A stretch of DNA of 64,000 bases from Macrostomum hystrix (Eukaryota > Animalia > Platyhelminthes). The notes under the pieces are model-generated. The model searched no databases, was not told the origin of the DNA, and worked only from the letters and a program-made list of their open reading frames with translations. This document shows positions 12,901-27,100 of this stretch, one piece after another. Made by a program: the position numbers and the translations under genes. Position 1 is the first letter of the stretch. Each line of letters begins with the position of its first letter. Location of the stretch: assembly GCA_950097015.1 (NCBI GenBank), contig CATNEN010000001.1, forward strand, positions 7,750,001 through 7,814,000, written 5' to 3'.

Positions 12901-14061
12901 GTCAATGAATCAGCTGAAGATGATGACAATGAGAACAAATCCGCTACATCGCTAGGCAGGGAGGCTGTTCTCTACGGTCACGTTATTGTTGCGAGAGCCA
13001 ACGTCGCACCGACTGCCGGCAATCACATTGACGAAGATTCAATCGCGTCTGCCGAAGACGATTCTGGTACTCATGGACCAGGCGTTGACGATGAAGAGGC
13101 CGCGGATGCTGTGGCAACCGGTGATTGGTTGGCGAGCCAGTTGAACTGGGCTTGCAGCTGCGATGGAGTCGGCACCAATGGTAGCAGCGGTAGCGATCAT
13201 CGAGGCCTATCTCTGGTCACTGGACAGGTGAGAAAATATTTGGTGGATCTGTCTGAGAGTTTGAACCCAACTAATCCTACATGATCCAGCTAATCCTACT
13301 TGACCCAGCTAATCCTATTCCTACATGACCTATCTTATCGTACTTGACCCAGCCTGACCTATCTTATCGTACTTGACCCAGCCTGACCTATCTTATCCAA
13401 CTTGACCCAGTCTGACCTATCTTATCCTACTTGACCCAGCCTGACCTATCTTGTGAAACTTGACCCAGCCTGACCTATCTTATCCTACTTGACCTAGCCT
13501 GACCTATCTTGTCAAACTTGACCCAGTCTGACCTATCTTATCCTACTTGACCCAGCCTGACCTATCTTGTCAAACTTGACCCAGCCTGACCTATCTTATC
13601 CTACTTGACCCAGCCTGACCTATCTTATCCTATTTGACCGAGCCTGACCTATCTTATCGAACTTGACCCAGCCTGACATCTTATCGAACTTGACCCAGCC
13701 TGACCTATCTTATCCTACTTGACCCAGCCTGACCTATCTTATCGTACTTGACCCAGCCTGACCTATCTTATCGTACTCAATCCACTCCTAGGTTCGGGCC
13801 GTCAGCGTTGAAGTCCGTTATCGAGGGGACCGCATCCTCCGCGGTCCGGTGCTGCTGGTGTGGCCAGAACAAGCCGGACTTCTCGTCACCGGCCAGACGG
13901 CCACTCAGCTACCCGAATTGTCGCGTCAGCATCGCGTAGCTCGACTATCGTCTGGCGTATTGTTGCTAGGCAACGCCAGCGGACGCCAGCTAGTTGCTAC
14001 GCTATTTTTTCCTAGCACGAATGTAAAAGTTACCAAGGCTTGGCCTATTCTAGCTGATTAA
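9973..14061 (+). CDS. TRAPPC9: TRAPP II subunit Trs120/NIBP, 3 coding exons
   Basis: Exons 9973-10658, 11175-13227, 13792-14061 in frame; motifs EWSRFQGHRK, RREKQKADLRLLLG, LRALNDFLWYAAALEG, PLFIYTPL; AATAAA at ~14105. Confidence 0.85.
10790..11090. repeat. Minisatellite, 25-bp unit (TGTTCTGTGCTTCAAACCGTATCAC), TRAPPC9 intron 1
   Basis: About a dozen tandem copies. Confidence 0.95.
13260..13778. repeat. Minisatellite, 29-bp unit (TTGACCCAGCCTGACCTATCTTATCCTAC), TRAPPC9 intron 2
   Basis: Tandem copies running to ~13 nt before the acceptor. Confidence 0.95.
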
Positions 14062-15019
14062 GAGAAATGTTTTTGAAAGATTACTAATTCTAAGAAAAGT
14101 TGTAAATAAACCCAAATTAAGTGTCAGTCAGTATAATTATTTTTGTATTTATTTAAATACTACTCATTCCACTTTTAGATAGTAAAAAAAAAGATTTTAA
14201 AAAGTAAGTTATAAATTTAATAAAATCACTTTTTTAACGAAACGCCTCGTTTGATTTTCCAACTTTTCCGTGAGTTACTGCTGAAATAATGATGAATAAG
14301 TAGGATTCTTATTAACGCTATTCAATTATAGCTAGTCCTTTTGAATTTATCGGATTCCATGTTTATTTTTACTAATCTCATTGTTAAACTCTTTGTGATC
14401 CTATAGAATTACTTTTATCCTGTATTATTGGCTGTTGCTAATACTCAATTAGCTTATTTTGAATATTTACGAACTGTGATTTGCTGTTTCCTTGAGGTGC
14501 TCACAATTTTTTTCTGCACTGATTGCTTAATCAGAAATCAAAAATATAAAGTCATGTTTTGTGGTCAGTATTCTGTGCATTCTTCAATTTAATGCGCTAT
14601 TAATAGAATACTAAATTATATTTTTTAGTTTTTAGTGTCTCTTATTATTACTGTTCCATTCAGGGTTTCAGCAAGAGTGATCTTGAAATACATAAAAATA
14701 ATGAATGTACAATCTACGTTTTCGCACAAAAGGCTCGACAGAAATTCATCAATGAAGATATAATAATGAGGAGATTTGTATCTAACTATCAGAAAAGTGA
14801 AAATTTCCTACTTTCGTAGTGAAAGAAACTTTTTCTAAGAAACGCATTTCCCGTCATAGTCTACTCATAGTGCTACGTTAGAACAGCTTTGTCAAGTGTT
14901 CAAATTTAATCAACTCAGTCTTGGCTGTCTGCGGTGTCTTTGAGGTCAGTTCCACTCTTCGGTTCCTTAAATTCGATGTCTTTATTATCTTTCTTGTTTC
15001 GATTCCGACTTCAGTTTTT

Positions 15020-15065
15020 GGTACCTCCAGTCCATGGACTGAGCAGCCATACGCAGCCTATCAGA
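15020..15065 (+). repeat. Fragment of SINE family B
   Basis: CCAGTCCATGGACTGAGCAGC shared with four other sites. Confidence 0.5.
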
Positions 15066-16389
15066 TGCGCCGCGCAATAGCAGCGACTGTCCTGTCGGCC
15101 GTATATTTGGCCCAATCAATTATATGTATTCTTATTATTCACCTGCAGAAACCGACAGTAAATAATGACAAGCTGTAGTTTAATTAGGAGGCAATTCCTT
15201 CAGAAAATGTTATTTTTACTAAACCTGCCCACAGAAACAATGCTAACAATTTTATTTGTTTACATTTTTTGTAAATAAAAAAAGTATTCGCAAAAATATG
15301 AATTAATTCCATCGGTACTACTTATGGATAATAGATTAGTAGTATAGAGTCTGAAGAACACTGACGAACAATCAGTTTATGTGGCTTATTCTTACTTATT
15401 ACTAATATTAATTTACATTAATTTTTATAATAATAATTTATACGACCTAAATGCTACAGAATCGCGCAAGAGTCACAATGTCACACACAACAGGAAGAAA
15501 GTAAATAAATTATAAAATTATTGAAATAATCACATCGTAAAACAAAAACTAATTATTGTAGTTCTATTTATACAGAAAATAGGCTATCGATAAACATAAT
15601 TTATACACCAATTTATCATTGTTTAGGGATATTGGATTCTGCACTTAACATCCGATCGATAATGAAAACAAGTAAAAGTGCAAAGAGAAGACAATATGAA
15701 GGTGAGAGTGGAGATAAGAAGGGTGAGATTAGAGACGTAGATGGGTGAGATATAGTAGTTTGGACATAAGTAGAGAGAATTGTCAATTAATGAAAAAATT
15801 GTTCAGAGAAAACACACCAGAACGCATAGAAATGCTTCAACAAGGCAGACATTACGAGAAGCAATTATTTAAGCTAAAAGCATAAATAGCATAAAAGCAT
15901 AAAAGCATATATGCTTAATACAGAATCCCTACATATAGTACAATTTGAAAAAATACTAATAAATTTGCACTTAATAAAGCCTATATGTACAACATACAGT
16001 AAGAAAAGGATAAGAATATAAATAAACAAGGCGAATATACACAGAACAGCCCTTGAGCCGAAGAGAGACAACAGTTAATCGTGTCGTTAGAAAAGATTAA
16101 TTCCACATGCTAACAGACAATTTAAAACAAAAAGCAAAGAAACACTTAAATACAAGAACAACAATAATGGTAGCATTGCAGTCACAACATTGTCGATTAA
16201 TTGATAGCATGACAAAAAACAATACAAATGCTAATTTATATATTGTGCAATTGTGCAGTTACAAGATTGACTTAAAAATGCTACAATGAGCGAATATACT
16301 ACTATCGATTAGCTAGTAGCACAGAAAATAATTTTTCAGTAGTAATGGTCAACATGAACCTTTTGAGAGATTACTGAACTATCCAATTA

Positions 16390-17545
16390 TAGAAATTCTA
16401 GCTTCGATTCTTAGGGAAATTCTAGCTTCGATTCTTAGGGAAATACTAGCTTCGATTCTTAGGGAAATTCTAGCTTCGATTCTTAGGGAAATACTAGCTT
16501 CGATTCTTAGGGAAATTCTAGCTTCGATTCTTAGGGAAATTCTAGCTTCGATTCTTAGGGAAATTCTAGCTTTGATTCTTAGGGAGATTCTTGATTCGAT
16601 TCTTAGGGAAATACTAGCTTCGATTCTTAGGGAAATTCTAGCTTCGATTCTTAGGGAAATACTAGCTTCGATTCTTAGGGAAATTCTAGCTTCGATTCTT
16701 AGGGAAATTCTAGCTTCAATTCTTAGGGAAATTCTAGCTTTGATTCTTAGGGAGATTCTAGCTTCGATTCTTAGGGGAATTCTAGCTTTGATTCTTAGGG
16801 AGATTCTAGCTTCGATTCTTAGGAAAATTCTGGCTTTGATTCTAAGGGAGATTCTAGCTTCGATTCTCAGGGGAATTCTAGCTTCGATTCTTAGGGAGAT
16901 TCTAGCTTCGATACTTAGGAAAATTCTGGCTTTGATTCTAAGGGAGATTCTAGCTTCGATTCTTATGGAAATTCTAGCTTCGATTCTTAGGGATATTCTT
17001 GCTTCGATTCTTAGGAAGATTCTAGCTTCGATACTTAGGAAAATTCTGGATTTGATTCTAAGGGAGATTCTAGCTTCGATTCTTAGGGGAATTCTACATG
17101 TAGCTTCGATTCTTAGGGAGATTCTTGCTTCGATTCTTAGGAAGATTCTTGCTTCGATTCTTAGGGAAACTCTAGCTGCGATTCTTGGGGGAGATTCTAG
17201 CTTCGATTCTTGGGGAGATTCTAGCTTCGATTTTAAGGGAGATTCTAGCTTCGATTTTAAGGGAGATTCTAGCTTCGATTTTAAGTGAGATTATAGCTTT
17301 GATTCTTGGGGAGATCCTAGCTTCGATTCTTGGGGAGATTCTAGCTTCGATTCTTAGGGAGATTGTAGCTCGGATTCTTAGGGAAACTTTAGCTGCGATT
17401 CTTAGGGAAACTCTAGCTGCGATTCTTGAGGGAGATTCTTGCTTCGATTTTAAGCGAGATTCTAGCTTCGATTCTTGGGGAGATTCTAGCTTCGATTCTT
17501 AGGGAAATTCTAGCTGCGATTATTGATCAGATTCCAGCTTCGATT
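16390..17545. repeat. Minisatellite, 24-bp unit (GATTCTTAGGGAAATTCTAGCTTC) just downstream of SETD8
   Basis: Tandem copies; most units hold one TTAGGG. Confidence 0.95.
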
Positions 17546-17634
17546 CTCATGGATTTTAGCAAGGATTCTCGCTGATTTGAACTTGGTGAAACAAGTCACT
17601 TATTGGACTGTCTGCTAATAAAAAAATCAACCAA

Positions 17635-19369
17635 TCAGCACTTAAGCCACGGATGAGCAGCCAAGGTAGCCGGATCTCTATCTCCGTAGTCGTACAGCAA
17701 TTCCTCTCCGGGAGAAATGTCCCTCTTAGCAAACAGGCACAGGTGAGTCTGATCGCCAATGTTAACCACCTTGGTGTAGCAGTTTGGCGCCAATCGGCTG
17801 TGATTCAACAGTCGGCCATAGTAGGGACTCTCAGCTGTGGCGTCAACGCATAGTTTGGAACCCCTAGCAATAAAATAGTACATGTAGCAGCCGACGCTCG
17901 GGTCGGCATTGTAGGCCTGTTCACGCAGTTTAGCCGCTTTGAAATCAATCAAATCGCCTTTGTATTCGACAACAAATTCGTCGCGTTTAAAAGCGCGGGT
18001 GGATACAACGCCGCGACCTTTCTGCGGAAACTGCACTACCTTGAGGCCGTCCTGACAGACCCGATTGATTCTATCAACGGTGTCAGCCTCCGTGGTCAAG
18101 GCGGCGGCTTTGAACAGGCGTCGCTCGCTGCGCCTAGTCGCCAGCGAGAAGAAGTTTTCAAGGCTGACTGATTTCGACATTTTGACGGCTTTAGACGAAG
18201 ATGCTGAAGAAGACGATGAAGCCGATGAACTGGCGGTAGCGATGGCTGCAGAAAGTGGAGTTGCTTCAGAGGCAACGCTGTTACCAGCAGCAGCAGCAGC
18301 AGCAGCAGTCAAGCGATGCTGAATGTCACACGATTTGCTGCGTCGATTCAATGGCTTCTTGGCGACTAGTTGCTGCTGCTGCTGCTGCTTTTGCTGTTGC
18401 AAATTTATGGTTTTAAGATTATGTATAAAGACAGTGACCGATATAATGACTATAATGGCAATGACCAATCCTAAATAATGACTAGTGCTATAAAAGACAA
18501 TGACCAATCCAGAAATACCAGTGTAATTTGGACAATAACCAATCCAGAATGATTGGTGTCATTTAGGATAATGACCAATCAAGAATGATCACTGTCATTT
18601 AGGATAATGACCGATCAAGAATGATCAGTGTCATTTAGGTCTATGACCAATCCAGAATGATCAGTGTCATTTAAGACAATGACCAATCCAGAATGATCAG
18701 TGTCATTTAAGACAATGACCAATCCAGAATGATCAGTGTCATTTAAGACAATGACCAATCCAGAATGATCAGTGTCATTTAAGACAATGACCAATCCAGA
18801 ATGATCAGTGTCATTTAAGACAATGACCAATCCAGAATGATCAGTGTCATTTAAGACAATGACCAATCCAGAATGATCAGTGTCATTTAAGACAATGACC
18901 AATCCAGAATGATCAGTGTCATTTAGGACTATGACCAATCCAGAATGATAAGAACTTTTGACCTATCGGTCAGTTTTACGAAACACTGAGCTGCAACTAC
19001 AAGCTCCCTTGATGACAGAAACAACAGCAAATAGCAATAACCTACCCTACGTTTCCCATTTGTGATCGCTCCATTGCTACTAGAAGCAGCAGCAATGCCG
19101 CAGTCGAATTTTTCGTCTTTAACGTCGGCCTCAAAATCTAATCTAGGCGATTTAACCGGCGAACACTGCTGGGTGAAGCCAATTAACATGGCTGTCTTGG
19201 AATCAGACGAAGCTGACTGCTCAGCCACCGGTGATAGCATCAGGTGCGTCTGTACGAGACGCCTAGCCCCACCACCTGGCTTAGTCTTGGCTTTAGCCGC
19301 AGGCTTCGACGATAATGATGATGATGATGCAATCTGGGCCTCAGCATCCTCTGCTGCCTTTGCGGACAT
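17635..19369 (-). CDS. KMT5A: Histone H4K20 monomethyltransferase SET8/PR-Set7, 2 coding exons
   Basis: Exons 19369-19046 and 18393-17635; SET motifs KGRGVV, FVVEYKGDLI, GCYMYYF, CVDAT, GRLLNHSR, GEELLYDYGDR, HPWLK; PIP-degron-like SLENFF..RRSER. Confidence 0.93.
18440..18950. repeat. Minisatellite, 36-bp unit (ATGACCAATCCAGAATGATCAGTGTCATTTAAGACA), SETD8 intron
   Basis: Near-identical central copies, degenerate edges. Confidence 0.95.
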
Positions 19370-19499
19370 TTGCAGCCTCGATTGCAATCTAATTTGCCTG
19401 TAGTTGCTGGAGAGCTAAGACTTGAGAATCGGTGATAACAACTGAAATTCAAGGTAGATAGCATCTGGGTTGCATTTGGCTTGGCCATTATCACCTCAA

Positions 19500-20935
19500 T
19501 CTAGGTGTGTTATCATGCACTATCCAGGTGTGTTATCATGTTATCATCCACTATCCAGGTGCGTTATCATCCTCTATCTAGGTGTGTTATCATCCACTAT
19601 CCAGGTGTGTTATCATCCACTATCCAGGTGTGTTATCATCCACTATCCAGGTGTGTTATCATCCACTATCCAGGTGTGTTATCATCCACTATCCAGGTGT
19701 GTTATCATCCACCATCCAGGTGTGTTATCATCCACTATCCAGGTGTGTTATCATCCACTATCCAGGTGTGTTATCATCCACTATCCAGGTGTGTTATCAT
19801 CCACTATCCAGGTGTGTTATCATCCACTATCCAGGTGTGTTATCATCCACCATCCAGGTGTGTTATCATCCACTATCCAGGTGTGTTATCATCCACTATC
19901 CAGGTGTGTTATCATCCACTACCCAGGTGTGTTATCATCCACTACCCAGGTGTGTTATCATCCACTATCCAGGTGTGTCATCATCCACTATCCAGGTGCG
20001 TTATCATCCACTATCCAGGTGTGTTATCATCCACCATCCAGGTGTGTTATCATCCACCATCCAGGTGTGTTATCATCCACTATCCAGGTGTGTTATCATC
20101 CACTATCCAGGTGTGTTATCATCCACTACCCAGGTGTGTTATCATCCACTATCCAGGTGTGTCATCATCCACTATCCAGGTGTGTTATCATCCACTATCC
20201 AGGTGTGTTATCATGTTATCATGCACTATCCAGGTGTGTTATCATCCACTATCCAGGTGTGTTATCATCCACTATCCAGGTGTTTTATCATCCACTATCC
20301 AGGTGTGTTATCATCCACTATCCAGGTGTATTATCATCCACTATCCAGGTGTGTTATCATCCACTATCCAGGTGTGTTATCATCCACTATCCAGGTGTGT
20401 TATCATCCACTATCCAGGTGTGTTATCATCCACTACCCAGGTGTGTTATCATCCACTACCCAGGTGTGTTATCATCCACTATCCAGGTGTGTCATCATCC
20501 ACTATCCAGGTGCGTTATCATCCACTATCCAGGTGTGTTATCATCCACCATCCAGGTGTGTTATCATCCACTATCCAGGTGTGTTATCATCCACCATCCA
20601 GGTGTGTTATCATCCACCATCCAGGTGTGTTATCATCCACTATCCAGGTGTGTTATCATCCACTATCCAGGTGTGTTATCATCCACTACCCAGGTGTGTT
20701 ATCATCCACTATCCAGGTGTGTCATCATCCACTATCCAGGTGTGTCATCATCCACTATCCAGGTGTGTTATCATGTTATCATGCACTATCCAGGTGTGTT
20801 ATCATCCACTATCCAGGTGTGTCATCATCCACTATCCAGGTGCGTTATCATCCACTATCCAGGTGCGTTATCATCCACTATCTAGGTCTCTTACCTCACT
20901 CTATCTAGGTATCTTATCACCATCTATCCAGGTAT
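19500..20935. repeat. Minisatellite, 23-bp unit (TATCCAGGTGTGTTATCATCCAC) between MIPEP and SETD8
   Basis: About 60 tandem copies; bracketed on - by a GAG|GTAAGA donor (20894) and a CTACAG acceptor (19398). Confidence 0.95.
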
Positions 20936-21168
20936 CTAAGCAATAGATAGGTATCTCATATATCTCATATATATTTCAGGTTTCTTATCACTGTCGATTT
21001 ATGTTTAAGTTTCTAATATAAGAAAATAACGCAGATAACACACAATATCACTAGACAAATCATAACTATTTTATTGAATTAAGCAATTTTTGCAAAAACT
21101 CTACAGGTTAAGCAAGCCATTAATAATAGAAAGACTTTTCAGAATTATTATATAAGTTATATTTTTCA

Positions 21169-24100
21169 TCAACCCGATCCATCGTTAGCCAACGCGTCTA
21201 CTAAACAGCCAATAGTAGTCTCTCGTCCCGTTAGCTCCGTTACCATAGCAACCGTAGATTCTTCGCCGCCCCTAGACAATAATCTACGCTCGTAGTCTTT
21301 GCCAGCTGACGAGCACAATGGATCTTTGGCGAATCTGGTAGACCAAACAAGCGAAGCTATGGCCTTAGATACTAGATAGGCGTGATATTTAGCACCGTAA
21401 CCAATCAGATGAGTGAATCGGTGCCAAGCTGTGCCAGGCGGCTGCATAGGCAGGTGACGCAAGGAGGATCTACTAGCTAGGCGATTAAACACGGCCGTTG
21501 TAGTTGGACACTCAACTGACGGTGGCGGACTTGACGAATGCAAAGCGGTGTCAAGCATCGAGTAGAGAGTCTGCTGTTGCCGACTAACGCCTGGTAGGAC
21601 TCGACGCGAAGTTCGAAGGGGAGAGTAGAGACGCTGTGGTAGAGGCTCGCCTGTGCGCCAGTGCCTGGGTTTAAGGATTAAATATTGAAGATATTCACAC
21701 TTCAGAGGTTGGATCTAGATATTAAGAATTAAGATCTAGCTGTTCAGAAATGGGATCTAGATTTTCAGAAATGGGATCTAGATTTTCAAAAACTAAAATT
21801 TAATTTTCGGATATAGGATCTAGATTTTTTATACAGGATCTAGATTTTCGGAAATGGGATGTAGATTTTAAAAAACTAAAATTTAATTTTCGGATATAGG
21901 ATCTAGATTTTCGGAAATGGGATCTAGATTTTAAAAAACTAAAATTTAATTTTCGGATATAGGATCTAGATTTTTGGATATAGGATCTAGATTTTCGGAA
22001 ATGGGATCTAGATTTTCAAAAACTAAAATTTAATTTTTGGATATAGGATCTAGATTTTCGGAAATGGGATCTAGATTTTCAAAAACTAAAATTTAATTTT
22101 TGGATATAGGATCTAGGATATAGATCTAGATATAGGATATAGAATCTAGATTTTCAAAAACTAAAATTTAATTTTCGGATATAGGATCTAGATTTTTGGA
22201 TATAGGATCTAGATTTTCGGATATAGGATCTAGATTTTTAGAAATTCGATCTAGATTAATATATAGGATCTAGATTTTTATATAGGATGTACATTGTTAT
22301 ATATGATTTAGATTTTTATATAGGATCAGGACAACTAGATTTTCGGAAATACACTTTAGATTTTTAGAAATGGAATCGTGATTATTTTAATTTTTATTAT
22401 TTGATCGCGATGGAAAACTATGAACTATTTAATTTTAAATAGTTTTAAATCTGGGTTTAAAGTTTCGAGTGTTTTAAATAGTGAAATCTAATTTTTTCCT
22501 CACCTGGCATAGTGTTTGAGCACAGCAGGCTGAAAAGCGAACATCTCCATCAGGGTGCTAGGCACCTCAGCCAGATCCGTGCTACACCTGGTACCGGTGA
22601 CATGCTGATACCTGGTACAGCCCAGCACAGAGTGCAGGGCGTGGCCGAATTCGTGAAACAGATTTTCAACTTGCCCCGGAGCTAACAGACTGGGGCCTGC
22701 GTTAGGAGCAGGATCCGGGCACTGAAGCTGCAGGCACACGATGGGCAGCTGATGAGGCGGATTGGGGCCGCTACGACCGCCGCGAATAGTGAAATGACAA
22801 TCCTGAGCTGGCTTGCCAGGCCTAGGAAAGAAATCGCAATAGATGCTGCCAATTAGATCCGCGTTATTGACGCTGCCATTGTTGTCATGGCAACGATAGA
22901 CGCCAAGTTTAAATACGCGACTGTCCCAAACTTCGTCGTCAAGAGAATTGGACTCAATTAGTCGCAGTTGAACATTAAACAGGCGTTCGACAATGTAAGC
23001 TAAACCAGATAGGCAATTGCCTACTGAGAAGAATTCATCGATTTGACTAGCAGCTGGATCGCCTGTGATTGGTTGTGATATTGGAGGGGTAGGGTAATCC
23101 TAACGATAATCCTAGAAAGCATTGCTAATCCTAGTAGTCATCGATAATCCTAGTAGTCATCGATAATCCTAGTAGTCATCGATAATCCTAGTAGTCATCA
23201 ATAGTCCTAATAATCATTGCTAATCCTAGTAGTCATAGATAATCCCAGTGTCAACGATAATCCTAGTAGTCATTGCTAATCCTAGTAGTCATCGATAATC
23301 CTAGTAGTCATCAATAATCCTAGTAGTCATCGATAATCCTAGTAGTCATCGATAATCCTAGTAGTCATCGATAATCCTAGTAGTCATCGATAATCCTAGT
23401 AGTCATCGATAATCCTAGTAGTCATCAATAGTCCTAATAATCATTTCTAATCCTAGTAGTCATCGATAATCCTAGTAGTCATCAATAGTCCTAATAATCA
23501 TTGCTAATCCTAGTAGTCATAAATAATCCTAGTGTCAACGATAATCCTAGTAGTCATTGCTAATCCTAGTAGTCATTGCTAATCCTAGTAGTCATCGATA
23601 ATCCTAGTAGTCATCGATAATCCTAGTAGTCATCGATAATCCTAGTAGTCATCGATAATCCTAGTAGTCATCAATAGTCCTAATAATCATTTCTAATCCT
23701 AGTAGTCATCGATAATCCTAGTAGTCATCAATAGTCCTAATAATCATTGCTAATCCTAGTAGTCATCGATAATCCTAGTAGTCATCAATAGTCCTAATAA
23801 TCATTGCTAATCCTAGTTGTCATAGATAATCCTAGTGTCAACGATAATCCTAGTAGTCATAGATAATCCTAGTGTCAACGATAATCCTAGTAGTCATTGC
23901 TAATCCTAGTAGTCATCGATAATCCTAGTAGTCATCAATAGTCCTAATAATAATTGCTAATCCTAGTAGTCATTGCTAATCCTAGTAGTCATCGATAATC
24001 CAAGTAGTCATCAATAATCCTAATAATCATTGCTAATCCTAGTAGTCATCGATAATCCTAGTAGTCATCAATAGTCCTAATAATAATTGCTAATCCTAGT

Positions 24101-27100
24101 AGTCATCGATAATCCTAGTAGTCATCAATAGTCCTAATAATCATTGCTAATCCTAGTAGTCATAGATAATCCTAGTAGTCATCGATAATCCTAGTAGTCC
24201 TCGATAATCCAAGTAGTCATCAATAATCCTAGTAGTCATCGATAATCCTAGTAGTCATCGATAATCCTAGTAGTCATCGATAATCCTAGTAGTCATCGAT
24301 AATCCTAGTAGTCATCGATAATCCTAGTAGTCATGGATAATCCTAGTAGTCATCGATAATCCTAGTAGTCATCGATAATCCTAGTAGTCATCGATAATCC
24401 TAGTAGTCATCGATAATCCTAGTAGTCATCGATAATCCTAGTAGTCATCGATAATCCTAGTAGTCATCGATAATCCTAGTAGTCATCGATAATCCTAGTA
24501 GTCATCGATAATCCTAGTAGTCATCGATAATCCTAGTAGTCATCGATAATCCTAGTAGTCATCAATAATCCTAGTAGTCATCGATAATCCTAGTAGTCAT
24601 CGATAATCCTAGTAGTCATCAATAGTCCTAATAATCATTGCTAATCCTAGTAGTCATAGATAATCCCAGTGTCAACGATAATCCTAGTAGTCATTGCTAA
24701 TCCTAGTAGTCATCGATAATCCAAGTAGTCATCAATAATCCTAGTAGTCATCGATAATCCTAGTAGTCATCAATAGTCCTAATAATCATTTCTAATCCTA
24801 GTAGTCATCGATAATCCTAGTAGTCATCAATAGTCCTAATAATCATTGCTAATCCTAGTAGTCATAGATAATCCCAGTGTCAACGATAATCCTAGTAGTC
24901 ATAGATAATCCCAGTGTCAACGATAATCCTAGTAATCATTGCTAATCCTAGTAGCAATCGATAATTCTAGGGTCATCGATAATCCTAGGGTCAACGATAA
25001 TCCTAGTAGTCAACGATAATCCTAGTAGTCAACGATAATTCTAGTATTCATCGATAATCCAAGTAGTCAAGGATAACCCTAGTAATCATTGACAATCCCA
25101 GTAATCATCGATAATCCTCCTAATCTTCACAACTATCGATCGTCTCCCTAATTATCGATAATTCGTATTATGTTTGTGCTAATCTTTCCAATCCAAAATA
25201 TCGATAAATCAACAATCTCACCTTGAAAGCAAGCGGCCGTGGCAACATTAAGCACGTGTGCAAAATCCCAAGCTCCAGTCGGTGTTGGATTATCCTGGCT
25301 GCCGAGGCAACTTCGCATAAGCTGACCATCGATAGCGGCTGAGGATTCTAAGCGATCAGCGAGCCCAGCTAGGAAAGCTTCAACATTTTGAGACGAATTT
25401 AACAGACAGCCCGCTGTGGCCCGGTCTGAGTAGGAATCGAATCCGGCAATTTGAGCAATCTCTAGTCGGGTGGCCAGCAGTTCGCATAGCAGGGTCTCCT
25501 GTGCGAGGCCGATGTAAAGCATTCACTAGTAGAGTGATTATATTAGATGGTCCTATCTAGTAAATTTGAGATTTCGCAAACAAGAGAAACTTTAGAGATG
25601 CAAAATCTTACTATTTAAATTTAATCACACTGAAAAAGACGTAATTCCACAAACTAAATCTACAATTCCACAAACTAAATCTAAAATCCCACACAAATAA
25701 TCTAAAATTCCACAAACTAAATCTACAATTGCACAAACTAAATCTAAAATTCCACAAACTAAATCTAAAATTCCACAAACTAAATCTACCATTCCACAAA
25801 ATAAATCTACAATTCCACAAAATAAATCTACAATTCCATAAACTAAGTATAAAATTCCACAAACTAAATCTAAAATTCCACAAACTAAATCTACCATTCC
25901 ACAAAATAAATCTACAATTCCACAAAATAAATCTACAATTCCATAAACTAAGTATAAAATTCCACAAACTAAATCTAAAATTCCACAAACTAAATCTACA
26001 ATTCCACAAACTAAATCTACAATTCCACAAATTAAATCTACAATTCCACAAACTAAATCTACAATTCCACAAACTAAATCTACAATTCCACAAATTAAAT
26101 CTACAATTCCACAAATTAATTTTATAATTCCACAAAAATAATCTAAAACTCCACAAACTAAATTTAAAATTCCACAAACTAAATCTAAAATTCCACAAAC
26201 TAAATTTATAATTCCACAAACTAAATCTACAATTCCACAAACTAAATCTACAATTCCACAAACTAAGTTTATAATTCCACAAAAATAATCTAAAATTCCA
26301 CAAACTAAATTTAAAATCCCACAAACTAAATTTATAATTCCAGAAACTAAATCGATAATTCCACAAACTAAATCTAAAATTCCACAAACTAAATCTACCA
26401 TTCCACAAAATAAATCTACAATTCCACAAAATAAATCTACAATTCCATAAACTAAGTATAAAATTCCACAAACTAAATCTAAAATTCCACAAACTAAATC
26501 TACAATTCCACAAACTAAATCTACAATTCCACAAATTAAATCTACAATTCCACAAACTAAATCTACAATTCCACAAACTAAATCTACAATTCCACAAATT
26601 AAATCTACAATTCCACAAATTAATTTTATAATTCCACAAAAATAATCTAAAACTCCACAAACTAAATTTAAAATTCCACAAACTAAATCTAAAATTCCAC
26701 AAACTAAATCTAAAATTCCACAAACTAAATTTATAATTCCACAAACTAAATCTACAATTCCACAAACTAAATCTACAATTCCACAAACTAAGTTTATAAT
26801 TCCACAAAAATAATCTAAAATTCCACAAACTAAATTTAAAATCCCACAAACTAAATTTATAATTCCAGAAACTAAATCGATAATTCCACAAACTAAATCT
26901 ACAATTCCAAAAACTAAATCTACAATTCCACAAACTAAATCTATATATATAAAAGTGAAAACTCTGTCTGTGTGTGTGTGTGTGCAACCTTTTGTCTTTA
27001 TAGACGCCGAAACCGCTCAACCAAATCGCACCAAACTTTGCACATACCTAAAACCACCTACGCTGAGTGCAATAGGCTACTCAAATTCCCGAAAAATCAT

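Noticed and set aside
19470-20946. Three overlapping 450-470 aa ORFs
   Set aside because: Read-through of a stop-free 23-bp tandem repeat in all three frames; not protein coding
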